Assembly (NCBI GenBank): GCA_016214995.1
Contig: JACRML010000027.1
Coordinates: 1,766-65,765 of the forward strand
From: Deltaproteobacteria bacterium
GTDB lineage: Bacteria; Desulfobacterota; GWC2-55-46; UBA9637
DNA: 64,000 nt
Reading direction: 5' to 3'
The position numbers and the translations under genes are program-made. The notes below the pieces were generated by a model. It was not told the DNA's origin. It was given only the letters and a program-made list of their open reading frames with translations, and ran no database searches. Shown here one piece after another: positions 1 to 9,104 of the stretch (the stretch's first letter is position 1; each line of letters opens with the position of its first letter).

Positions 1-178
1 CTATCTCCTCGGGGCTTGCGCCATCAAGTTTTGTTGTTACGGTAACGGTTGGCAAATCTACCTTTGGAAAGAGGTCAACGCCAAGCTCCCGGTACGAGGC
101 AAGCCCGAGAACCACAAGGCTCATAATAAGCATTGTAGCAAAGACAGGTCTTCTTACGCAGATTTCGTATAATGACAT
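1..178 (-). CDS. RND (AcrB-type) efflux permease, N-terminal fragment running off the window
   Basis: Too short for the ORF track. Minus-strand ATG at 178-176 reads [59 protein letters not shown], the typical RND pump N-terminus (TM1 followed by LFPxVDxPxVxV). Confidence 0.65.
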   Translation of the reverse strand, partial: MSLYEICVRRPVFATMLIMSLVVLGLASYRELGVDLFPKVDLPTVTVTTKLDGASPEEI

Positions 179-183
179 AATTA

Positions 184-262
184 TTAGCGTATAGCGTATA
201 GCGGATAGCGAATAGAAAAACTATACGCTATGCGTCTCTCCTATACGCTATCCGCTATTTCC
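184..262. repeat. Degenerate heptamer-array hairpin (AGCGTAT/AGCGGAT units, then inverse CTATACG/CTATCCG units)
   Basis: agcgtat agcgtat agcggat agcgaat ag ... ctatacgctatgcg ... ctatacgctatccgctatt; period 7, arms roughly inverse-complementary. Confidence 0.7.
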
Positions 263-1298
263 TATCCGGCATTATCTTCACATCAACCGTCATCCCCAAT
301 TTGAAAGGCGTCTTTTCCTTGAGCAGTATCTTCACCTGAATGACCTTCATATCCAGATTCTTGGCAGGATTATTCGGCTTCACCTTTCTCTGCCCGACAT
401 AATCAAAAATCTCCTGAATCTCTCCTTTGAAAACCTTGCCCGGATAGCTGTCTGATGTAACCTCTGCCGGGTCTCCGACCTGTATCCTGCCTATGTCTGT
501 CTCGTCCACTTCTGTGTTTATCCTTGTTCTATCAACATCAGCAACAGCAGCTATCGGTGTTTCAGGGATTGCCGTCTCACCTTCCTCAAGATACTTGCGG
601 ATTACCTTGCCTGAGATTGGAGACTTTATAATTGTCTTTTCCAGAAACCTTTTATAATACTCTACTGTTGCCTCAGCCTGAGACACAGCATCCTTGTAAA
701 TTTTTAATGTCTCCTGTTTCGGCCCTTTTTCCAGAAGCCTTTTCCCTTGTTCCGCTTCTCTGGCTTTTGCCTTTGCAACCTTAAACAAACCCTTCTTTTC
801 ATCAAGAAGCGCCTTTGATATCACGTCCTCTTTGTAAAGCTGTTCATATCTTTCAAGGTTTGTTTTTGCCAACTCCATATCCGCCTCCGCAGCCTCAAGA
901 GCAGCCTCCGCCCTTTTAATCTCCTCTTCCCTTGAGCCAGAGGCAACCTCTTCATACCGCGCCTTTGCAACAGCCAGTTCAGCATCTGCCGCCTTAAACC
1001 TTGCCTGAATATCTTTATTATCCAGCCTTACTATTACCGCGCCTTTTTCTACACGATCCCCTTCATTAACAAAAAACTTGTCAATCCTTGCAATCATATC
1101 AGCACCCACCTCTATCTCCATGCCTGGCATTGCCTCCACCTTTCCTTCAGCGGCCACATACATAGCGGTGGTATGTAATAATGCCTTGTCATCATTCTTG
1201 CCGGCCTTTGTTTCTTGTGTGCCTGATTTTAACAAAAAGAATACGCCTGAAATCAGCAAAGCAATGAAAATTATGGCTGCAAACACCAGCTTTTTCAT
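255..1298 (-). CDS. HlyD/MacA-type periplasmic adaptor (membrane fusion protein)
   Basis: ORF 255..1421. Likely real start is MKKLVFAAIIFIALL (ATG at 1298), giving a signal anchor, long coiled-coil hairpin and beta-barrel region typical of HlyD_D23 adaptors. The 41 upstream codons translate a REP-like palindrome. Confidence 0.85.
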   Translation of the reverse strand: MKKLVFAAIIFIALLISGVFFLLKSGTQETKAGKNDDKALLHTTAMYVAAEGKVEAMPGMEIEVGADMIARIDKFFVNEGDRVEKGAVIVRLDNKDIQARFKAADAELAVAKARYEEVASGSREEEIKRAEAALEAAEADMELAKTNLERYEQLYKEDVISKALLDEKKGLFKVAKAKAREAEQGKRLLEKGPKQETLKIYKDAVSQAEATVEYYKRFLEKTIIKSPISGKVIRKYLEEGETAIPETPIAAVADVDRTRINTEVDETDIGRIQVGDPAEVTSDSYPGKVFKGEIQEIFDYVGQRKVKPNNPAKNLDMKVIQVKILLKEKTPFKLGMTVDVKIMPDRK

Positions 1299-1317
1299 CT
1301 GTCTTTGCTCCGAAAAT

Positions 1318-1410
1318 ACCCCATCCCCACCCCAACCCTCCCCTTGAAGGGGATGGAGTAAAATAGTCTCCTCTCCCTCAGGGAGAGGATTAAGGTGAGG
1401 GTGGGGTAAA
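1318..1410. repeat. REP-like nested palindromic element
   Basis: ccccaccc...tccccttgaagggga...cctctccctcagggagagg...gggtgggg; inner hairpins enclosed by an outer stem. Confidence 0.55.
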
Positions 1411-1437
1411 TTTTCATGCACCTTTGTGAGCCTATGC

Positions 1438-2127
1438 TCATGTGGGTTTCTCCTGACTTATAATTTTTCCGTCCTCCAGATGCACAACCGTATGCGCTAC
1501 ATCTAAAGCATTTGGATCATGACTGACAATAACTACCGCCTTACCTGACTCCACAGCCAGATTTCTCAAAACCCCTAATACATCTTTCCCTGTCCTGGAA
1601 TCAAGGTTTGCCGTAGGTTCATCGGCAAGGATAATCGGCGGCTCACCTGCCAACGCTCTGGCAAAGGCAACCCTCTGTTTCTCGCCTCCGCTCAGATCAC
1701 GCGGATAAAAATCAGCCCTTTCCCCAAGACCTACCTTTTTCAAAAGATTCACGGATTCAGTCTTCAACTCTTTCTTGTCCCACCCCTTGAGCCTTAAAAC
1801 AGCCTCCACATTTTCCGCTGATGTAAGCGATGGGAACAGATTGAATGACTGAAATACAAAACCAAAATACTTTTTCCTGATGTCAGGAAGCGCATCTTCC
1901 GTGAGATTGCCAACCATACGGCCATCCACAACCACATCGCCTTTTGTCGGATGCAGGATGCACCCCATCATGGAAAGAAGCGTTGTCTTGCCTGAACCGG
2001 ACGGCCCCATGATAAGCAGCGCCTCGCCCTTCTTAATGCTGAGTGATACAGAGTCCACAGCCACTACCTTTGCGGCCCCTTCCTGATACACCTTGCTGAC
2101 ATCTAATATTTCAAGTATTGGATTCAT
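1438..2127 (-). CDS. ABC transporter ATP-binding protein (MacB/LolD/DevA-like)
   Basis: Walker A GPSGSGKTTLL, signature LSGGEKQRVAFARAL, Walker B IILADEPTANLD. Confidence 0.95.
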   Translation of the reverse strand: MNPILEILDVSKVYQEGAAKVVAVDSVSLSIKKGEALLIMGPSGSGKTTLLSMMGCILHPTKGDVVVDGRMVGNLTEDALPDIRKKYFGFVFQSFNLFPSLTSAENVEAVLRLKGWDKKELKTESVNLLKKVGLGERADFYPRDLSGGEKQRVAFARALAGEPPIILADEPTANLDSRTGKDVLGVLRNLAVESGKAVVIVSHDPNALDVAHTVVHLEDGKIISQEKPT

Positions 2128-2131
2128 CCGG

Positions 2132-3250
2132 TCACACTCTAAAAACCATAGCAGGGTCTAACTTCCGCACCTTTCTCACAGAAAAATATGCGGATAAAAG
2201 GCATATTAAAAGTATTATAAAAAACAATGAAAGAAATAAACCTGCGCTCAGATATAAAGTTACTCCTGCCTTTTCAACACCGTCTTTTACAAGGAGAATA
2301 AATAGAGCGCCAACCGCATAACCTATGACCGCATTTATGCCGGCCTGGCTGAAGATTATCTTATAAAGGTCTATATTCCTTGCGCCAACAGCCTTTAATG
2401 TGCCGAACTCATGTAGATGCTCCATTGTATTAGCATAAATTGTCTGCCCTACTATAGCCCCGCCGACTGTAAGGCCGAGTATAGCTGTAAGAAAAAAACC
2501 CATACCCATCCCTGTCGTGACAGTCCAATACATAACACTCTTATAAACAAACTCTCTGGTGGTATATACATCATTATCCTTCATAGATGCCTTTAATATC
2601 CTTACGGCATCGCCTATCTTTTCTTTTTCCTTAACCTTTGCAACTATGAATGATGTGTTCCCCGGCGGATAAAAACTCTGCGCATTATTATAGGACATAA
2701 ATATCATCGGGGAAGTGGTGAAGCTCTTTATCCCCTGCGACAGTCCTGCAAGTTTAAACCTGTTCGCGTTTAATTCCCAAATAGTGCCGATTTCTAATCC
2801 GCCAAGCCTTTGCTCAGAGGTCTTGTCAATAATCATATACCTTCCGCCCTTTACATCAAAAGGCTCTCCTGCCAGCATTGACCAGGGCGCGCCAACGGCT
2901 GTGTCTGGGTTATATCCGACTATCTGAACCTGCTCCTGGCCTCCGCCTGCCAATTTTAAAAAACCCCATGTAAGCACAAGCCTCTCTGTCCATGAGATTT
3001 GAGGGAGCGCATTAACCCTGTTTATCCTCTCTTCAGGAAACGGATTTGCAAAATCAAAATTCTGAATATTCCTGGATGCTATCCAGATATCCGCATCAAT
3101 ATGACGGATTATGGCTGTGGCATTTCCCATCATGCCAAGATACATGGAAACCTGAACAATCGTAAGGATGGTGGAAAACGTAATCCCCATCAGGGTTATA
3201 AAAAGCCTCCCCTTTTCATAAAAAAGTGTTTTTATCGCAAGCCAGAACAT
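2132..3250 (-). CDS. ABC transporter permease, FtsX/MacB (DevC-like) family
   Basis: 372 aa: N-terminal TM, large periplasmic domain, C-terminal 3-TM FtsX-like block. Lies 4 nt upstream of the ATPase gene. Confidence 0.85.
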   Translation of the reverse strand: MFWLAIKTLFYEKGRLFITLMGITFSTILTIVQVSMYLGMMGNATAIIRHIDADIWIASRNIQNFDFANPFPEERINRVNALPQISWTERLVLTWGFLKLAGGGQEQVQIVGYNPDTAVGAPWSMLAGEPFDVKGGRYMIIDKTSEQRLGGLEIGTIWELNANRFKLAGLSQGIKSFTTSPMIFMSYNNAQSFYPPGNTSFIVAKVKEKEKIGDAVRILKASMKDNDVYTTREFVYKSVMYWTVTTGMGMGFFLTAILGLTVGGAIVGQTIYANTMEHLHEFGTLKAVGARNIDLYKIIFSQAGINAVIGYAVGALFILLVKDGVEKAGVTLYLSAGLFLSLFFIILLICLLSAYFSVRKVRKLDPAMVFRV

Positions 3251-3312
3251 AAATTTAAAACAATTATGAATTAAGAATTAAATTCCTAATTCGTAATCCC
3301 TAATTTTTAATG

Positions 3313-3430
3313 CTCGTTCCCAAGCTCTGCTTGGGAACGCAATTGCTGTTGAAGCTCCAGCTTCGTAAAAAGATTTTGAAGCAGGAGCTTCCGGGACATC
3401 TACATTCCCAAGCTGGAGCTTGGGAACGAG
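3313..3430. repeat. REP/MITE-like element built from four small palindromes
   Basis: cgttcccaagctctgcttgggaacg (3315-3339), gaagctccagcttc (3351-3364), gaagcaggagcttc (3379-3392), ttcccaagctggagcttgggaa (3406-3427). The first and last are inverse copies. ORF 3278..3466 is its spurious translation. Confidence 0.65.
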
Positions 3431-3437
3431 AAGATAA

Positions 3438-3514
3438 GTAAGGAGTAGGCAGTAAGCAGCAGACAAAACGTTTCATTCTTTTACTGCATACTCCATACTG
3501 CTTACTGCTTACTC
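3438..3514. repeat. Degenerate heptamer-array hairpin (GCAGTAA family)
   Basis: ggagtag gcagtaa gcagcag ... ctgcata ctccata ctgctta ctgctta ctc. The right arm supplies the last codons (ESKQ*) of the adaptor gene. Confidence 0.7.
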
Positions 3515-4641
3515 TCTTTCGTTTCTATTCTTGCTCCGTCAAATAATTGGTCAAGGCCTGTTGTGGCAACCTTCTCGCCAGGCTTAATCCCTTCCATAAT
3601 CTCCACCCATCCTTGCTCACGGATGCCTGTTTTTACAAAACGTTCTGCGGCCGCACCATTCACAATCACATAAACCTTGTTTATACCTGCAAAAGAATAT
3701 ACAGCAGTCTCAGGGACAAAGGGGACGGTTTTTTCTTGCTTTGTTTTTATAACAACCTTGGCAAAAAAGCCTGATTTCAGCATATTGCTGTGATTTGGCA
3801 CCCTGGCCTCAATGGAAAACGTTCTCGTCTTTTCATCAATTGACGGGCTTACACGAATAATCTTGCCGGCAAATACATGATCAGGGAATGCATCTATGCG
3901 GACGGTAATATCCTGTCCAACATCTATCTCCGGGGCAAATGATTCCGGCACAGCGCCCTGAAATTTCAGCGGGTCATTTTTTACTAATATAAAAAGTGGG
4001 CTCTTGTCTTTTAACGTCTCTCCCGCAGATACAAACCTTTTTTTCACATAGCCTGATATGGGTGATATTATCTCCGTATCTGCAAGACGTTTCTTTGAAA
4101 GCTCAAGCTGGGCCTTTGCCAGATTGACCTGCGCCTCTGCCTGTTTTAACTGGGCGTCTGCAACATCATATTGTGTCTGCATTGCATCTCTTTGACTAAT
4201 AGAAATAACACCTTCCGAGAAAAGATTGACATATCTCTTGAGGTTTGCGCCGGCATCCTGCCATACAGCCTTTGCCCTCTCAAGACTACGGATATTTGTC
4301 TCCAGCAGAGCCTCGGATACGGCAAGATTTGTTTTGGCATCCTTCTGGTCTAATCGCAGCAGGAGGCCGCCTTCATCCACCCCGTCGCCAAGGTCAACAA
4401 AAACCTTATCTACTGTGCCGGCTGCCTCGTTGCCAATAGTTACTTCATCCCACGGGGCAAGGGTTCCTGTTGTCTCAATCGTTCTCTGGATAGCCTTGCC
4501 AACCGTTACTGCGGTAGTGACCTTAAATACTTTATCATCTTTTTTTTCACTTTGCTTGACCGCCCTATTTTCATTAGAGCAGGATGAAAGGACGAGCAGG
4601 GCAGCAAATAGACACAGGGTTATCTTTGCAATATTTTTCAT
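3502..4641 (-). CDS. Efflux RND-type periplasmic adaptor lipoprotein
   Basis: Lipobox LVLSSC, then a biotinyl-lipoyl-like domain, coiled-coil hairpin and beta-barrel architecture. Confidence 0.85.
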   Translation of the reverse strand: MKNIAKITLCLFAALLVLSSCSNENRAVKQSEKKDDKVFKVTTAVTVGKAIQRTIETTGTLAPWDEVTIGNEAAGTVDKVFVDLGDGVDEGGLLLRLDQKDAKTNLAVSEALLETNIRSLERAKAVWQDAGANLKRYVNLFSEGVISISQRDAMQTQYDVADAQLKQAEAQVNLAKAQLELSKKRLADTEIISPISGYVKKRFVSAGETLKDKSPLFILVKNDPLKFQGAVPESFAPEIDVGQDITVRIDAFPDHVFAGKIIRVSPSIDEKTRTFSIEARVPNHSNMLKSGFFAKVVIKTKQEKTVPFVPETAVYSFAGINKVYVIVNGAAAERFVKTGIREQGWVEIMEGIKPGEKVATTGLDQLFDGARIETKESKQ

Positions 4642-4697
4642 TGGAATCCTCGTTCAAATAAAAATAAATTTCTAATTCGTTCACTAAAAATTTCCAA

Positions 4698-6041
4698 TTA
4701 CTTCCCCATCTCCTCCAACAGAATCCCCACTCGTTTCTTTAATTCCAGGATTGCAATCTGTAAATCATATTGTGCATTTGTAAGACCTCGCTGGCTTGAG
4801 ACCAGGGTTGCATTTGCATCAATCACATCAACATTTGTTGCAAGGCCATAGCTGAATTGCTTAAAAACCATATTATAATTCTCTTCTGCAAAAGACATCT
4901 GCCTTTTATACGATTCTATAATGGGATTAAATGCCTCAAGGTTATGAAAAGTCTCCCTTACCTCCAGTTCAATGTCCTTTCTCATTCTTACTCTCTTAAA
5001 TTCAGCCTGCCTTTTTTTACTCTTTGCCTCATTCAGTTCAGCCTTTCTTAAACCGCCTTCAAATATAGGAAAGGTAAAGGTAATTCCTGCATACATACTT
5101 TCTGCATTAAAAAGCGTTGATTTTGGATTCTGATCCCTGTTTGAATACACGCCTTCCAGCTTAAGGCTCGGCAGGAAGTTTCCAACAGCATATTTGACCG
5201 CCTCGTCGGCAATGTCTTCGCCTATTTTACTTTGGATATAATCCTGCCTTTTCTCCAGAGAAAGCGATATCAATCTGTCCAGACCGGCATCTGGGATAGG
5301 TTGAATATCAGGCTCGGCAACCTTAAATTGCTCGGACATACCTATAAAGCGCGCCAGCTTATCTTTCGCCACTAAAAGGTCTTTCTTTGCATTGGCAAGT
5401 TCTGTTTCTGCGCCTGCCACCTCTGCTTCTGCTCGCAACAATATAGCCTTTGTAACCTCTCCAACTTGAAATCTTGCGCTGGCCACCCTCCTCTGCTCTA
5501 TTGCCCTTTTTAAGGCAGCCTCCTTTATTTCTACTGTCTTTTCTGATTTCAAAACAGTGTAATATATTTTTGAAACATTGAGCACAATATCTTCTTTCGC
5601 AGCATCAAGGCTGTATTTGCCTGCCTCTGTCTTTTTCCTGGCCTGCCTTAAGAGGCTCCATTCCTTGCCTCCTGAATAGAGAGGCTGGCTGAGTTTTATG
5701 CTAAAAGATGAGCTGTTGTCGGGTTGAATACTAGACGCTCCGGAGGTCTTGCTTTCAGAATATTCTGTATAATTGCTATCTACAGTAACAGTTGGCATCA
5801 CCTGAGAAATTGCCTTGTCAATCCCTACCTCTGCCTGATACAGGTCTTCCTGAGATAATATAACAGACTCATAGTTAGAAACCGCAAGGAGAGAGGCATC
5901 GGTAAGGGTAATGGTCTTTTCTTCGGCATGAACTACAGTGAACAGTGAACAGTACACGGTGAATAGCAATAAAATTTTTTTGAAATCTGAAATTTGCCCC
6001 CGATTGATTCTATCGGGGGTGAAATTTGAAATTTTATTCAT
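4698..6041 (-). CDS. TolC-family outer membrane efflux protein
   Basis: 447 aa with two OEP repeats. Overlaps the TetR stop by 4 nt. The signal-peptide core is encoded by a CAGTGAA heptamer array (5931-5967). Confidence 0.85.
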   Translation of the reverse strand: MNKISNFTPDRINRGQISDFKKILLLFTVYCSLFTVVHAEEKTITLTDASLLAVSNYESVILSQEDLYQAEVGIDKAISQVMPTVTVDSNYTEYSESKTSGASSIQPDNSSSFSIKLSQPLYSGGKEWSLLRQARKKTEAGKYSLDAAKEDIVLNVSKIYYTVLKSEKTVEIKEAALKRAIEQRRVASARFQVGEVTKAILLRAEAEVAGAETELANAKKDLLVAKDKLARFIGMSEQFKVAEPDIQPIPDAGLDRLISLSLEKRQDYIQSKIGEDIADEAVKYAVGNFLPSLKLEGVYSNRDQNPKSTLFNAESMYAGITFTFPIFEGGLRKAELNEAKSKKRQAEFKRVRMRKDIELEVRETFHNLEAFNPIIESYKRQMSFAEENYNMVFKQFSYGLATNVDVIDANATLVSSQRGLTNAQYDLQIAILELKKRVGILLEEMGK

Positions 6042-6652
6042 ACCTGTCTCCTCTCCATACCCTCAAAAAATATATTCACAAATACATCTATCACTTTTTT
6101 TACAGGCATCTTGAAAAATTTTTTCATACCATAAACCTCCTGCATCATGGTGTAGTGAAGAATCATAGCGAGGAACGCCCTCGCCGCCAGATGTGCATTT
6201 ACATTCTTGAATCTCCCATCCTTTGTAAGGTTGTTGATATATTTTGCCAGATAATCCAGTATTTCCAATCCTCGTGTCTTTATAAATATGTCAGAGAGCT
6301 TATGTCCCTCTAATGCACTGAACATAAGCAGCTTCATAAAAGTTGGGTCTTCAAGATGCTTTTGTATAAGGAAGGAGGCTATCTCTCTAAAAACATCCCT
6401 CCCTTCTTTGTTTTCCAGCCTTTTCATTAAGATGGATTGCCCCAGCTTGTCATTGCACTGCATGTCAATTATAGCGGAATAGAGTTTTTCTTTTTTGGCA
6501 AAATGCTTAAAGATAATTGCCTCACTAATCCCGGCATGCTGTGCTATTTCCCTCGTTGTGGTGCCCTTGAAGCCTTTTTGGGAAAAAAGCCTCATGGCAA
6601 CCTTAACAATCTGGGCATATCTTTCTTCTGCTGTCAATCTCTTTTTGGCCAT
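6038..6652 (-). CDS. TetR/AcrR family transcriptional regulator
   Basis: HTH FSQKGFKGTTTREIAQHAGISEAIIFKHF. Start taken at MAKKRLTAEERY (ATG 6652). Confidence 0.9.
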   Translation of the reverse strand: MAKKRLTAEERYAQIVKVAMRLFSQKGFKGTTTREIAQHAGISEAIIFKHFAKKEKLYSAIIDMQCNDKLGQSILMKRLENKEGRDVFREIASFLIQKHLEDPTFMKLLMFSALEGHKLSDIFIKTRGLEILDYLAKYINNLTKDGRFKNVNAHLAARAFLAMILHYTMMQEVYGMKKFFKMPVKKVIDVFVNIFFEGMERRQV

Positions 6653-6872
6653 TTTGCACACACCTTTTACGGCTGAATTCAGGCAATGCATCTGCATTTT
6701 CTGATACGGTCAGCCCCATGAGAAATGCCCTTCATGAAAACCTAAGAAAATAACCAAGAGTGCAATTCCGAAGGGTAGATTTCTGATTGGGTTAGTGAGT
6801 GCTTACTTTATACCAAGATTTAGAGCTTGTCAAGTGTTGACTGCCGCTGATTGCTTTGATACAATCCCTTTC

Positions 6873-7817
6873 ATGGAAACTTTTCTCACTGATACTCCGA
6901 CCAAGATTAGCTCGTTACAGAAAAATCTGGAAAAGATAATCAAAGGAAAACCGCAAATCATCAAGCAGGCAATAACAGCCCTTATTGCAAGAGGGCATCT
7001 GCTTATAGAAGATATACCTGGGGTTGGCAAGACAACCCTGGCCCATGGGCTAGCGAGGTCGATAAACTGCACCTTCCAGAGGATTCAGTTTACCAGCGAT
7101 CTCCTCCCCTCTGATATAATTGGCGTTACCATTTATAATCAGGAAAGACATGGGTTTGAGTTTAAACCAGGCCCTATATTTGCCAACATTATCCTGGCGG
7201 ACGAGATAAACCGCACCACACCAAAAACGCAGAGCTCACTGCTTGAGGCAATGAACGACAGGCAAGTATCTGTCGATAAGATAACCCATCCCCTGCCGGA
7301 GCCTTTTATGGTGATTGCCACACAAAATTCATTGGAATATGTAGGGACATACCCGTTGCCAGAATCCCAGCTGGACAGGTTTATGATGAGGATAAGGATT
7401 GGCTATCCGGAGGCAGCGGCTGAAAAGGAAATACTACTCTCATCTTCCACCGAACTTCAGCCTCAACGTCTTAATCCTGTTTTATCCACAGAGGAAGTAA
7501 TATACCTCCAAACGCTTGTAGATAAAATAAAAGTGGATGACGACCTGGTGGAATATATCCTGACAATTGCAGATGCTACAAGGAAATCCAGCATGTTGCG
7601 ATTGGGCGCAAGCCCCCGCGGAGCCATGATGTTGTATCGCGCTGCCCAGGCATTTGCCCTTGTAGAAGGCAGAGCATACTGCGTCCCTGATGACATAAAG
7701 AGGCTTTCTATATCTGTTTTAAGCCACAGGGTAGTCGCTATGCAAGGCATGGAAGAGGAAACAGATGTTGAAGGAATTATACAAGAAATAGTAGATGGGA
7801 TAGAAGTACCGTTATAG
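6873..7817 (+). CDS. MoxR-family AAA+ ATPase
   Basis: Walker A GVGKTT, Walker B ILADEINR, and the typical MoxR C-terminus. ATG at 6873 (METFLTD) preferred over the upstream GTG. Confidence 0.9.
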   Translation: METFLTDTPTKISSLQKNLEKIIKGKPQIIKQAITALIARGHLLIEDIPGVGKTTLAHGLARSINCTFQRIQFTSDLLPSDIIGVTIYNQERHGFEFKPGPIFANIILADEINRTTPKTQSSLLEAMNDRQVSVDKITHPLPEPFMVIATQNSLEYVGTYPLPESQLDRFMMRIRIGYPEAAAEKEILLSSSTELQPQRLNPVLSTEEVIYLQTLVDKIKVDDDLVEYILTIADATRKSSMLRLGASPRGAMMLYRAAQAFALVEGRAYCVPDDIKRLSISVLSHRVVAMQGMEEETDVEGIIQEIVDGIEVPL

Positions 7818-7886
7818 GCGCGTAGCTGATAGCTGATAGTTGATAGCTGTTAATTTTTTACTGTGAGCTATGAACTATGAGCTATT
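7818..7886. repeat. Degenerate heptamer-array hairpin (TAGCTGA / GAGCTAT units)
   Basis: tagctga tagctga tagttga tagctgt ... gagctat gaactat gagctat. The right arm contains the DUF58 start codon. Confidence 0.7.
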
Positions 7887-8962
7887 TATCCGCACCATTG
7901 CCTTGGCTTACTGCGGCTGCCAACCTGCTGACCAGACAAAAGCAAATCAGCAAAAAGAAAATAGGTTTATTTGTCCTGCCAAGAACGCTCTCATTTACAA
8001 AAGAAGGAAAAAGGTTTATTGCAATCCTTTTTGTCATTGGTATAGCCGCCATCAATACAGGAAATAATCTCCTCTATCTTATTGTAGCAATGATGCTGTC
8101 CATTATAGTTATATCAGGGATACTTTCAGAATCTACATTAAGAGGCGTGGAGGTATGCAGAATATTACCAAGACATATATTCGCAGGAACTCCGGTAATA
8201 GTGAAATGGAACATTTCAAATAAAAAGAGGATTTTCCCGTCATTCTCTCTTGTAATAGACGAAGCCCTTCCCAATAAACTTACAGCAGAATCAGGTTATA
8301 TCCTGAAATTGCCTGCACGCACCACTCTTGCACAAATACGGCCGTATATATTCCATAAAAGAGGGCTGTATAAACTGGAAGGATTTAAAACAAAAACCAG
8401 TTTCCCATTCGGTTTTTTTCTAAAAGGAAGAAGACTGGATATGCCGGAAGATGCGCTGGTATATCCGAATATAAGACCCACGAAGCAAATAGCCGCAGTA
8501 AAATTTTCAAAAAGCGGGGAATTACCTGAAAAGATAAAAGGCTACGGAACACACCTTTACAGCCTCAGGGATTATACGCTTATGGATGATGCAAGAGTTA
8601 TCCATTGGAAGTCAACAGCAAAAACTACAAAATTAATGGCAAAAGAATTTGAACAAGAGGGAAATAAAAAGGTGAAGATTATCTTTTATAATACACTCAC
8701 TGAATCCACATCCCTCCCCGCTAATAAAGAGGAAACCATCAGCGGTTTAAAAGATGAGTTTGAAGAGAAGGTAGAGGAAGCTGCCAGCCTGGCCAATTAT
8801 TTTATAACTTCCGGTTTTGAGGTTGGTTTTAAAAGTCTGACCACAGAATTGCCATGCAGGTCAGGTAAAGAACAGCTTTACAGGATACTAAGAGAGCTTG
8901 CACTAATAGAGCCTGCTGCAGGCAGTAAAAATATGCCTCTGACTGTGGTTGTAAGCAAATAA
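7877..8962 (+). CDS. DUF58 (vWA-like) domain protein
   Basis: Two N-terminal TM segments and a LRDYTLMDDARVIHWKSTAKTTKLMAKEFEQE motif typical of DUF58. Classic partner of MoxR. Confidence 0.8.
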   Translation: MSYLSAPLPWLTAAANLLTRQKQISKKKIGLFVLPRTLSFTKEGKRFIAILFVIGIAAINTGNNLLYLIVAMMLSIIVISGILSESTLRGVEVCRILPRHIFAGTPVIVKWNISNKKRIFPSFSLVIDEALPNKLTAESGYILKLPARTTLAQIRPYIFHKRGLYKLEGFKTKTSFPFGFFLKGRRLDMPEDALVYPNIRPTKQIAAVKFSKSGELPEKIKGYGTHLYSLRDYTLMDDARVIHWKSTAKTTKLMAKEFEQEGNKKVKIIFYNTLTESTSLPANKEETISGLKDEFEEKVEEAASLANYFITSGFEVGFKSLTTELPCRSGKEQLYRILRELALIEPAAGSKNMPLTVVVSK

Positions 8963-8967
8963 TGTCT

Positions 8968-9004
8968 GATTACACAGATTAGGTAGGAGTAAGATTACAC
9001 AGAT
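8968..9004. repeat. Two direct copies of the 12-mer GATTACACAGAT
   Basis: Copies at 8968-8979 and 8993-9004. Confidence 0.8.
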
Positions 9005-9104
9005 TTAAGCATGGTCATCAATCAGTATAACCCAAAAATAGACATTGATTTTTGGGTTATAATCACTCTCTTGATTTGTGTAATCATGCAAGGATTATAC
9101 ATCG

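Noticed and set aside
3278-3466. 62-aa minus-strand ORF
   Set aside because: It is the translation of the nested-palindrome REP element (…PKLQLGN…FPSRAWER…). There is no SD and no coding periodicity.
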